Below the pieces are notes generated by a model. It saw only the letters and a list, made by a program, of their open reading frames with translations, searched no databases and was not told where the DNA came from. From positions 2,420,001-2,484,000 of the forward strand of contig JASTWF010000033.1 of the NCBI GenBank assembly GCA_030390025.1: a stretch of 64,000 nt of DNA, in the 5' to 3' direction. This document shows, piece after piece, positions 12,395-24,337 of this stretch (within the stretch, counting starts at the first letter, position 1; the number at the start of each line of letters is the position of its first letter). A program made the position numbers and the translations under genes. This DNA is from Squalus acanthias. Its lineage: Eukaryota.

Positions 12395-14700
12395 TACATG
12401 GAATATACAGCACACAAACTGGCCATTCGGCCCAATCAGTCTGTGCTGGTGTTTATGCTCCACAACAGTCTCCTCTCATTGCATCGACCTCATCTCAGCC
12501 GCTCAGAATATCTTTCTATTCCTCTTTCTAGCATTTACTCATCATGTTCGATTCTGAAAGTATCTAAAGTATTTTGCTCAACCACTTCCTGTGCGAGTTT
12601 GTTCCAAATTCTAACCACTCTCTGAGTAAAGAAATTCCTCCTTATTTCCCTATTGAATTTATTAGTAGCTGTCTTGTATTTATGACCCCAAGTGTTGCAT
12701 TCTCCCACAAGTGGAAACATTCTCTCCACATCTACCCTGTACAACCCATTCATAATTTAAAGATCTCTATCAGGCCTCATCACAGTCCTCTCTCTTCTAT
12801 AGCAGAAAGGTCCAACCTGTTCAATCTTTCCCGATAGATGCAATCTTTCAGTTCTGGTGCCATCCAACTAAATATTTGTAAGACCGAAGCTATTCGCCCA
12901 CTTCACAAAGTCCGTTGCCTAGCCATCGACTCCATCCCTCTCCTTAGCACCAGTTTGCAGTTTGCAACCTTGGTGTCGTATTTGACCACGGGATGAACTT
13001 GCGGCCGGATATTCACTCCATCACCAGGACTGCTCACCTCTACCTCCGTAACATCGCCAAACTTCGCCCCTGCCTCAGCTCATCTGCTGCTCAAACCATC
13101 ATCCATGCCTTTGGTAGCTCTAGACTTGATAACACCAACTCTCTCCTGGCCGGCTTCCCATCTCCCACCCTGCATAACTTGAGCTCATCCAAAGCTGTGC
13201 TGCCCGTCACCTAACCCACACCAAATCCCGGTAAACCACCACCCCTGTGCTCGCTGACCTACAGTGACTCCCGTTCCGCTAATGTCTCCATTTTAAAATT
13301 ATCTTCCTTGCTTTCAAATCCCTACACGGCCTCGCCCTCCCTACCTCTGCAAGCTCCACCAGCCCCACAACACTCCCGAGATCTCTGTGTTCCTCTAATT
13401 CTGGCCTCTTGCACATCCCCGATTGTAACCGCTCCACCATTGGCGGCTGTGCTTTCAGCTGCCTTGGCCCTAAGCTCAGGAATCCCCTCCCTAAACCTCT
13501 CTGCTTCTCCAAATCTCCCTCCTCCTTTATGATGCTGCTGAAAACTTACCTATTTGACTAAGCTTTTGGTCATCTTTCCTAATATCTCCTTATGTGGCTC
13601 AGGGTCAGGTGTTGTTCAATAACGCTCCCGTGAATCGCTTGGGTCATTTTACTGTGTTAAAGGCGCTATATAAATACAAGAAGTTGATGTTGTAAGTATT
13701 TTTTGCACTTTCTCCAGTTCTTCTTTGACCTTTTTATATTATGGAGACCATAACCATACACAGTTCTCTAAGTGTGACCCGACCCCGGTCCTATACATGT
13801 TTAATACAATTTACAAAGTATTTACAGCACAGAGACATGCTATTCGACTCAAAATGTTCATGTTGGTGTCCATGCTCCACACGAGCCTCCACCCACCCCC
13901 CTTCATCTAACCCAGTAAAAATATCGTTCTATTCCTTTCCCGCTCATGTGCTTGTCTCGCTACCCCTTAAATGTGTCTGTGCTATTCGCATCAACTACTC
14001 CTCGTGGTAGCGAGTTCCACATTCTGACCACTCATTTGGTAAAAAGGTTTCTCCTGAATTCCCCTATTAGATTTATTAATGACTATCTTAAATCTATGAC
14101 CCCAAGTTCTGGATCTCTCCTGAAAGTGGAAACACCTTCCCTAATCTACCCTATGAAACCCTTTCATTAATCTCAAAGAACTCTATCTGATTATCCCTCA
14201 GTCTTCACTTTCCTAAAGGAAAGAGCCCCAGCCTGTTCAGTCTTTCCTGACAGGTATAACCTCTCAGTTCTGGTATCATTCTAGTAAATACTCTTTGTAC
14301 CTTCGCCAGACCCTCTATGTCCTTTTTATAAGATGGAGACCATGTTCGCAGTACACCAAGTGTGGTCTAACCAAGGTTCCATACAGGTTCAACATAACTT
14401 CTATTCTTTACAATTCTATTCCTCTAGAAATGAACCCCAGTGCTTTCTTTGTTTTTATGGCCTTATCAACCTGCATTGCAACTATTCGTGATTTATGTAA
14501 CTGTACCCTCACATCCCTCTGTCCCTCAACCCCGTTTAGAACTTATTTTCCAATGAGTATGCGAACTCCGTATTCTTCCTATTAAAATGCACTACCTCGC
14601 ATTTCTCTATATTGAGGTTCATTTGCCAGTTACACGCCCATTTTGCCAGTTTATTAACTTCTTCCCGGATTTTGTCGCAGTCCTCCTCTGTATTAACTAT
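12395..14700 (-). mobile_element. Cluster of antisense CR1 3' fragments
   Basis: RRNFFTQRVVRIWN and related ORF2 remnants on the minus strand. Confidence 0.7.
12885..13693 (+). mobile_element. L2 LINE 3' fragment nested in CR1
   Basis: HLYLRNIAKLRPCLS...IHAFGSSRLDN L2 ORF2 motifs; L2-type tail AAAGGCGCTATATAAATACAAG...TTGATGTTGT. Confidence 0.75.
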
Positions 14701-14704
14701 AAAC

Positions 14705-16061
14705 ATCCTCCCCACCTCAGCTAATATCCTCAGCTCCTCCCCACCCCACCTGATATCCTCAGCTCTTCACCACCCCACCTAATATCCTCAGCTCCTCCCC
14801 ACCCCACCTAATATCCTCAGCTCCTCCCCACCCCACCTAATATCCTCAGCTCCTTCCCACCCCACCTAATATCCTCAGCTCCTCCCCACCCCACCTAATA
14901 TCCTCAGCTCCTCCCCACCCCACCTAATATACTCAGCTACTCCCCACCCCACCTAATATCCTCAGCTCCTCCCCACCCCACCTAATATCCTCAGCTCCTC
15001 CCCACCCCACCTAATATCCTCAGCTCCTCCCCACCCCACCTAATATCCTCAGATCCTCCACACCCAACCTAATATCCTCAGCTCCTCCCCACCTCACCTA
15101 ATATCCTCAGCTCCTCCCCACCCCACCTAATATCCTCAGCTCCTCCCCACCCTACCTAATATCCTCAGCTCCTCCCCACCCCACCTAATATCCTCAGCTC
15201 CTCCACACCCCACCTAATATCCTCAGCTCCTCCCCACCCACCTAATATCCTCAGCTCCTCCCCACCCCATCTAATATCCTCAGCTCCTCCCAACCCCACC
15301 TAATATCCTCAGCTCCTCCCCACCCCACCTAATATCCTCAGCTCCTCCCCACCCCACCTAATATCCTCAGCTACTCCCCACCCCACCTAATATCCTCAGC
15401 TCCTCCCAACCCCACCGAATATCCTCAGCTCCTCCCCACCCCACCTAATATCCTCAGCTCCTCTCAACCCCACCTAATATCCTCAGCTCCACCCCACCCC
15501 ACCTAATATCCTCAGCTCCTCCCAACCCCACCTAATATCCTCAGCTTCTCCACACCCCACCTAATATCATCAGCTCCTCCCCACTCCACCTAATAACTTC
15601 AGCTCCTCCACACCCCACCTAATATCCTCAGCTCCTCCCCACTCCACCTAATGTCCTCAGCTCCTCCCCACCCCACCTAATAGCATCAACTCCTCCCCAC
15701 TCCACCTAATATCCTCAGCTCCTCTAGACCCCACCTAATATCCCCAGCTCCTCCCCACTCCAGCTAATAACCTCAGCTCCTCCACACCCCACCTAATATC
15801 CTCAGCTCCTCCCCACCCCAGCTAATATCCTCAGCTCCTCCGCACCACACCTATTATCCTCAGCTCCTCCCCACTCCACCTAATGTCCTCAGCACCTCCC
15901 CACCCCACCTAATATCATCAGCTCCCCCCCACTCCACCTAATATCCTCAGCTCCTCTACACCCCACCTAATATCCTCAGCTCCCCCCCACTCCACCTAAT
16001 ATCCTCAGCTCCTCCTCACCCCATCTAATATCGGCAGCTGCTCCCAAATCCAACTAATATC
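14705..16061. repeat. 29-bp minisatellite, ~46 copies
   Basis: Unit CTAATATCCTCAGCTCCTCCCCACCCCAC; period 29 (14895, 14924). Confidence 0.95.
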
Positions 16062-17092
16062 TGAAGAGATCGCACAGTCTCTGTTTGAAGAATGGACTCC
16101 GTCGAGAATAATTTGTGGACTTTATGGGATTTTTCTGAGCGTATTTTCCCTGTGATTGGATCACCCTTTGTAAATATGTGAAAAATTGGTTTGTTAAACC
16201 TCCAGAGAACGCATGGCAGTTGGGTCTGACATTATAACTGTCAGTCATCCAGAATATGCAAAAACACTTCTCAACTCCATCTGAGAAGAGAATCAGAACA
16301 ATGAACCCAGTGGCCTAGCCAGCCGAAGAGGAGCCATTTTTTCCCAACACAAAGACCGAAATATATCCCAGACTTAGGGCCATTAGTCCAATCATGGAAT
16401 ACTCATGAGTCTGAGGATGACCCCATCACTGATTAAGCACCGAAGTGCTTAGAAACAAAATGATTTTAGAGATTGGCGGGTTAGGTAGGGGTAGCAAGAC
16501 TCCTATAAAGATAGATCCTTTCCCACCATTCTCTCTCTCTCTCGCTCTCGCTGCACCAAGATCGACCTAACAAGAAGTACCAGAGGAAGAAGCAACTAAG
16601 TGGAGCGATCGAGCCCGACTGGGTGTGGGGGTAAGCATGGTCTCGAGTGTCCAAAGCCGGTAACCAGAGGGCTCAGAGTTTTTCTCAGAAGTGAAGTTTT
16701 TGGGCTATTCCGGGGTGGGAGCTTTGTTTGTTTCAGCAAGGGGAAACGGCTTATGCGACTGGGTAATTCGTTGGTAGGGGTGGAATTAGAGTCCACCATA
16801 GCAACAAGGGAACTACTGCTTGTCATAGTCCTAAGTTTTGTACTGTATGTATGTTGTTTGTAACCTGGATTTTATTCTCCACAGAGACAGTGATTTAGTT
16901 TAGTAGTGAATGTTTTAGCCAGTGTATGTTAGACCAAATAAATATAAGTTTGATTTCTCACCGAAGCATTCCTGTCCGCGACTTATTTCATTTACACTCT
17001 GAATAATAATTCCCAGGTGTACAATTTTCGTAAGGCGGGGGCGATTCGAACCGTCCGTCTAGCAATTGGGCTAGGATCAAAAACCACTTACA
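16062..17092 (+). repeat. 5' LTR (1031 bp)
   Basis: TG...CA ends; homologous to 26305-28160; TATAAA at 16504, AATAAA at 16937. Confidence 0.92.
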
Positions 17093-17097
17093 TCTCT

Positions 17098-17115
17098 TGG
17101 TGACTGCGGGCAGGA
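17098..17115 (+). promoter_or_regulatory. Primer binding site, degenerate tRNA-Ser-like
   Basis: TGGTGACTGCGGGCAGGA 5 nt after the LTR; resembles the complement of tRNA-Ser 3' ends (TGGCG...GCAGGAT). Confidence 0.55.
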
Positions 17116-17131
17116 CCTGGGTGAAAGGAAT

Positions 17132-18869
17132 GTGAATCAGTCATGGACAGCGCTTCTGGCGAAAGATCCCAAATGGAGAAAAAGGATTTCTTCATATGTG
17201 TTTAAGAAGGTTAACGTCACTAAGAAGTGGGTGCTAGGCTTGTTGCGGTCTGAGCGTCCGGTGGACGCAGTGGCAGAATGGACGGAGGGCAAGGACCATA
17301 GGCGCAGCATTGAACAGGCGATATGGCTCGTCTGTCTGCAAAGACAAGTCCAACTGCTAGATAAGCAGGTTGCTAAGTTAGAGGCAGAGCTCAGGGAGTC
17401 CGAGGCACAGTCAGACGCAAGGGCTGTAGTAGGGAGCAGGTTATGCACGGAGCTCAGGGATGAGATGCAGGGAAGAATAAGCCTGGAGAAAACCTTCCGT
17501 AACCATAAGGAGTTCCTGCAATGCCAGGTAACTGAGGCAAAGGGGAACGAGAGGGTGGTTAGGGAGGAGAACGCTCGCTTGTCGAGTGAGGTAAAGGTGC
17601 TGGGAGAGCAGTTGAAGGATATTCAGGTGGCATACAGAGACGCCAGCACTAGAGGGTTTGATACGGGTAATCATGGTCCTGGCCAGGAGCAGATCCGGAA
17701 TTTGACCGATTCTCTATCTAAGGCCAAAGGGATGGTCTGCTTGGTAGCTCCGGGAATGGCCCGGGTAGATGAGGAAGAGCAGGAGGGAGATAAGGAGGAC
17801 TGTGAGGCAGAGGAGGACGCTCGACCACCGCCCGAAGTGCCGGGACCAGGACCCATGTGCCCTGTCCGGCAGCGGAAATACGGTGCGCCCGTAGACGGTC
17901 AAGAGCAAGGACCACTGCAGAGTGACTTCGTGATCCCGTATACGACACCCCAGCTGCAGGCAATGGTCTCTAACCTGACCAAACTGACCAGCACAGGGGA
18001 CCCATCTCTCCATTTTACGGATGTGGAGCAGGTGGGGGTGGATCAACAATTGTAACCAAGCTGAGACAGACAAATTACTTCTATTTTCCCTGGATAGTTG
18101 GTTGTACCAGTCGCTCTCAGCGGGTAGCAAGAGGGGGCAGGGTACGTTAGAGGGGATAAAGGATGACATCCTAGAGGCTATGGGCCTCAGTGATGAAAGT
18201 CCCTTCTCTCGAGTGGAAAGGACACTGCAGTCAGCTGGGGAGGCACCGCAGGCTTTCGCGGACAGGCTTTGGCTCGTCTATCGGAGTGCCTGTGCGGGGG
18301 TGCCCGACCGGGCGCAGCTGCAGGGGGAGCCTAGGGCTCATTGGCTGAGGACCCTGGTGGCAAACAGCCTGCCCAGGATCAAGGCCAAAGCAGAGGGGTG
18401 GTTCGATTCCAGGGATCCCCAGACCACAGAAGTGAGGGTGATCCGGCAGTTAACTCTCTCTTTGAAGAATGGTAGGGGTGAGGATGACAAACCAAAGGGC
18501 AGAGTACACGAGTTAAAGCCTAGTGGAGGCAACGTTAGAAGAGAGTGGCGCCAGGAAGGGGGTAGCTCAGAGAAGAAGCAGGGTTGTTATGGGTGCGGGA
18601 GTAAAGGGCACTGGAGGAAAGACTGCCCAGTCTCTGACAAAAGGAGCGGGAAAGGGGATCCTCCAGCGCCAGTGCAGAAAGCCGCAGCTGTGGCAGGAAG
18701 TAGCACTGATCCGTTCGCGGTATTAGTGGCTGCTCTCCGCGCAGTCTTTCCGGCAGGGCAGGGTAGGGTGGATGCAGCAGCGGGCAGCGTACTCCCATCC
18801 GCCCCAAACAATCCCGACCCATTGACTGGGGGCTTCTCAGCCCGTTTACCTGTGCCCACTAAGATATGA
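17132..18869 (+). pseudogene. gag: gag (coiled-coil N-region, capsid-like region, CCHC zinc knuckle, PSAP)
   Basis: Heptad-rich segment QRQVQLLDKQVAKLEAELRE; CYGCGSKGHWRKDC knuckle; frameshift in the G-run at ~18034; no in-frame ATG at the 5' end. Confidence 0.85.
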
Positions 18870-21800
18870 TGCTTGGAAGAGACCGTGCGTGAAGATGGGG
18901 GTGGAGAAGGTGCAAGGGACCTATCTGCTGGACACTGGAGCTTCAAGCACCATTGTCTATGCGGATAACCCGACCACAGCACCTCTATCGTGTGGGGTCC
19001 CATATAACTTAGTAGAGTTCACCAGGAACGAACAGGCTGGGTCTTTCTCCATCCCACTAGCCATCGATCTGGGTACACTCCGTACGGAGTGGAAATGTGT
19101 CCTGATGGGGTGGGAGCGGGAGGGATAGGCATTCTGGGGGCAGACTTCATACTGGCCCACAAGATATTGGTGGATTTTCGGAATCACTGTCTTTGGGGGG
19201 CAGTATGCACGGGAAAGGAGAAGGAGGTGGCAGTTATACCAGGGAAGCAAGGCAAGGGAACCGTGTGTACGATGAAGACCAAGGATAGTTATGACCTTGA
19301 ACTTTTGGTCACTTCTACCCCAGCGGAGTACATAGCGGATGTACGAGCCAACCTCACGGCATTCGCTACACACAAGCACGACTGTGGGAGGGTAATCGGG
19401 GTGGAGGTCAGAGTAGAAGGAGACCCCATGGCCCAACCACAGAAACAGTGCAACTTCCCCAGAGAGGCAGAGGCGGATTTAGAGATGGCATTTGGATCAT
19501 TGGTTGAGCAGGGTGTGTTGGGACCCATAGCGACCCATGTGAACTCTCCGATTTGGCCAGTTAGGAAACTGGACAATTCGTGGAGAGCCACTGTGGACTA
19601 TCGGGTTCTTAACAAGAACATCCTAGGCCTGTGCCCCCACCATTGCAGCCGTAGCCGACCTGATCGGGAGTATCCCGGCATCCGCAAAAACATTCACGGT
19701 GCTGGACATTTCGAATGGATTCTGGTCTATCCCTCTCAAAAGGGAGGACCAGTATAAATTCGCATTCACTTTCAAGGGTCAGCAGTACACATGGACCTGC
19801 CTCCCCCGAGGGTTTCATAACTGTCCTTCTATTTTCCACCAATATATGGCCAACTGTTTAAAAGGGTTTAGCAGACCGCAGCAGCTTGTACAGTACGTGG
19901 ACGACCTGCTTTTGTTCTCCAACGAGGGGGAAGTGAAATGGCCCCCTGCTGGCTGAGCTGCTGAGTCTGTAAAAGGAAGCTGAGTTCAAGGTTAATCCCA
20001 AGAAAGCACAGATCCGCCAGCAGGACGTAAGATTCCTCAGGCTGACCATGCGTACTGGGGAGAGGGCCATCGATGAGGCGAAAAGGAAGGCGGTACAGGA
20101 GCTATCTGCCCCGACCACGATAACGGAGGTAAGCTCCTTCCTGGGACTCAGAGGGTATTGCAGGTATTTCGTAGAGGACTATGCCACTACGGCAGCTCCT
20201 CTACTCCGGCTCCTTCACAAGGGAGTGGGATGAGGACTGCAGGGCAGCTTTTAGTCGTCTGTAGAGAGATTTGCAGACCGCACCGGCTTTAGGAGCGTTG
20301 ATGGGGGAAAGGAGTTATTTTTGGAGGTAGCTGCCACAGGGGACAGTTTGAGTGCAGTGCTGCTCCAGGAGCGGCATGGCAAGCTGAGGCCTGTGGTATA
20401 CTCATCAAGAATCCTCACAGATGTAGAGAGGGGGTACTCCAATTGTGAGAGGCACCTGCTTGCCACACATTGGGCCGTGAGGAGATCACAAATCTTCACG
20501 GGAGCGTCCCCGTTAACTCTCTTAACCCATCATACGCCCACTCAGATGCTTCTGGATGGGAGGATAAAGGACGGCACGGTGAGCAGTGCACGCATTGCTC
20601 GCTGGACTTTATTGCTCTCTCAGACGAATTTGAGTGTGAAAGGCCTCTGTGAGCCTAAGCTCCCCGCAAATTTGATCTACCGAGGGGTGGCCCACAAATG
20701 TTCTGTTGAATGGGTATGGGACGTAGACATAGGGTTTCGGGCTGGGATCCATGTAGACGGGTCCAGTACAGTGGTGGCAGGGGAGCAACTCACTGGATGC
20801 GGGATTTTTGACCCAAAGGCAGGCATTGCCAAGACCATTAAACTCCTGAGCACCATGAGCGCCCAGCACGCTGAACTGTAGGCGGTGGTGTTTGTGTTTA
20901 CTCAGCCCGAAGTGTACCCTACACCCTATACTATTTGCTCGGACAGCATGTTCACTTGCAATTTGTGGACAGAATATTTAGCCATTTGGTCTCGTCGTGG
21001 GTTCACATCTGCAGACGGGAAACCCCTAGCAACAAAGCCATTGTTGCAACAGATCATAACATCGATAGGAACCCAGGGGGATTTCTATATCCACAAAGTC
21101 AAGGCCCATTCAAAGGCGGAACCCCGTGCGGAGGGCAATCAGCAGGCCAACGTGATGACCAAAGAGGGTGCTCGAACGGGCACGTTTTGGGATCCATATG
21201 GGTCGAGTCAGGTAGCAGCGATCAGAGACAGAGGTGGGGCCTAAGCGCGTGCAGGGGTAGCATTGGCACCGGACCTAAAGATGGTCCAGGCACGGGATCC
21301 CGTCATAAAGACTGTTCTGGAGACGTTGGCTTAGGGAGATAAGGTAGAGCGTCCATACGGAGTGGCAGGTATCTCGCTAAATACGTAGTACCATTATTAA
21401 AGAAGGGTAGTAGGGATAAACCATGGAATTACAGGCCAGTGAGCCTGACATCAGTGGTAGGGAAATTATTGGAAAAAATTCTGAGGGACAGAATTAGTCT
21501 CCACTTGGAGAGGCAAGGATTAATCAAGTATAGTCATCATGGCTTTGTCAGGGGGAGATCATGTCTAACCAATTTGATTGAATTTTTCGAGCGGGTGACT
21601 AGGTGTATGGATGAGGGTAGTGCAGTTGATATAGTCTGCATGGACTTCAGTAAGGCTTTTGACGAAGTCCCGCATGGGTGACTGGTCAAGAAGGTAAAAG
21701 CCCATGGGATCCAGTGCAACCTGGCACATTGGATCCAAAATTGGCTTAGTGGCAGGAGGCAGAGGGTGATGGTCGAAGGTTGTTTTTGTGACTGGAAGCC

Positions 21801-24137
21801 TGTGTCCAATCGTGTACGGCTAGGATCGGTGCTGGGTCCTTTACATTAGTGTAGTGTACATTAATGATTTAGATATGAATGTAAGAGGTATGATCAGTAA
21901 GTTCGCAGATGACACGAAAATTGGTGGGGTGGTAAATAGCGAGGAGGGAAGCCTCAGGCTACAGGACGGTATAGACGGGATGGTTAGATGGGCAGAACAG
22001 TGGCACATGGAATTTAACCCTGAAAAGTGTGAGGTGATGCATTTTGGGAGGACTAACAAGGCAAGGGAATACATAATGAACGGTAGGGCCCTGGGAAGGA
22101 CAGAGGATCAGAGGGACATTGTTGTGCATGTACATAGATCCCTGAAGGCAGCAGGACAGGTAGATAAGGTGGTTAAAAAGGCATATGGGAAACTTGCCTA
22201 CATTAACCGAGGCATAGAATATAAGAGCAGGGAGGTTATGATGGAGCTGCACAAACCGCAAGTTAGGCCATAGCTGGAATAATGTGTGCAGTTCTGGGTG
22301 CCACACAATAGGAAGGATGTGATTGCATTGGAGAGGGTGCAGAGGAGTTTCACCAGGATGTTACCTGGGCTGCAGCGCTTCAGCTATGAAGAGAGACTGG
22401 ACAGGCTGTGGTTGTTTTCCTTAGAGCAGAGAAGGCTGAGGGAGGACCTGATTGAGGTGTACAAAATTATGAGGTGCATAGATAGGGTAGATAGAAAGGA
22501 ACTTTTTCCCCTTATTAGAGGGGTCAATAACCAGGGGGCATAGCTTCAAGGTAAGGGGCAGGAGGTTTAGATGGGTTGAGGAAAAACTTTTTCACCCAGA
22601 GGGTGGTTGGAATCTGGAACTCACTGCCTGAAAGGGTGGTAGAGTGAGGAACCCTCACAGCATTCAAGAAGCATTTAGATGAGCACTTGAAATGCCATAG
22701 CGTACAAGGCTACGGACCAAGTGCTGGAACATGGGATTAGAATAGACAGGGCTTGATGGCCGGCGTGGACACGATGGGCCGAAGGGCCTCTTTCTGTGCT
22801 GTATAACTCTATGACTCTATGACTCTATGACTCTAAAGGAAGGGACGGTTTTCAGAGGGGAACAGTGGGCAGTTCAGCAGCAGCACCGGAGACAATTCCT
22901 TCAGTTGGCCCAGGAGGGTCCAGGAGCGGGGCACCCCGGGCCGGAGACCACCTGGCAACGGGTGAGGGAGGACGTCCGCGACTTCTGCACGGATTGCTTG
23001 GTGTGTGCTGCAAACAACTCTGACACCCCAAAAAAGGAAGGTATCCATGGGACACACTAGGAGAGTGGAGGGACCATGGCAGTCCATACAGGTCGATTAT
23101 ATCGGACCGCTGCCCACCGCGCAGCGGGGTTACAAGTACTGCCTGGTCCTTGTGGATGTGTTCTCTCAATGGGTAGAAGCCTTCCCATGCCGAACAGCCA
23201 CAGCTTTGTGGACCGCAAGGATTGTAGTGAGAGAAGTGTTCTCTCGGCTACCATGGTATGTGGAGTCCGATCAGGGGAGTCACTTCACAGCGGCAGTCAT
23301 GCAGGCGACTCTGAAGATCTAAGGTGTAGAGGGTAAATGGCACGTCGCACACAACACGCAGTCATCTCGGATTGTGGAGCGGATGAATAGGACCATCAAG
23401 GATAGGTTACGGAAGGAGACGGGAGACTCGCCTAGAAAATGGGCGGTTGTCTTGCCGTTAGTTCTGATGGGTTCCGAGCCAGCCCGTCTAGAAGCACAGG
23501 GTATTCCCCGTATGAGCTCGTGACTGGCAGGGTCATGAGAACGCCCAGCCATGTACTGGCCCCGGTTCTCACGGAAGGTCAGTTGAGAGAGGTGAACCGG
23601 GACAGGTTTGTTAAGAATTTGTTTGAGCATCTCAGACAGATCCATTGGCAGGCTGCCAGTAACATGGGGAAGCAACATCGTAGAAATCGTTTATTGCTTG
23701 AGCCTCAGAGGCAACACGAGTGGAAGGTCGGAGATCAAGTAATGGTTAGAAACTTCGCCAAGGTAGGGACTTTTGAACCGCTATACATGGGACCGTACAG
23801 TATTGTGGATAGTGCAAGTCCGATGGTATATGCGATCAAAATGCCTCGACGCACTAAGTGGTTCCATATCAATCAGTGCAAGCTTTTCAACCCTGGGGAA
23901 AGAGCTGATAAGAGGAGGAAACAGCAGGGAGTGTTGAGCTGCGCTACAGGTGTGGGACTCCAGCCCATAATCTGGGACTGTGAGGAGCCCACAGAGGGAC
24001 CAGTCGTTCCGCCTGTGGGGACTGGAGTGAGAAGGAGTGCCAGGATCCCACGGCCGAGGGTGCCGTGGACGCCTCCTTACACACCGTTGAACGAAGGAAG
24101 CCGGAGTTGTAAGAGGCCCAGGGTCGAGGAGACCTAG
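18826..24137 (+). pseudogene. pol: pro-pol: aspartic protease, RT, tether RNase H, RNase H, integrase; disrupted and CR1-interrupted
   Basis: LLDTGAS; NSPIWPV, VDYRVLN, LDISNGFW, QYVDDLL; VDGSS/HAEL/SDS/KVKAH RNase H; IN GHPG..CTDCLVC, QVDYIG, SDQGSHF, VERMNRTIK, GPY. Confidence 0.92.
21382..22832 (+). mobile_element. 5'-truncated CR1 LINE inserted into pol between RNase H and integrase
   Basis: CR1 RT motifs; (ACTCTATG)n tail; removing it rejoins ...GVAGISL|KEGTVFRGEQW with CTAAA at both junctions. Confidence 0.92.
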
Positions 24138-24337
24138 TGTGGCCACCCGGAGACGGGTGGCGCTGTACATAACTTCTTTCTCTCCTGTCTGTTGCCTTAG
24201 CTTGTCTGTATAGTTTGGATTTACATGTATGCTGTGGATACCAAATGTAATCGTGTGTAGCTGCGTCTGGAAAGGTGAGGCATCACCCAAGGACAACGTT
24301 GCATTCTGTGTCTTTTCAGGGAACGCCTAAGAACAAG

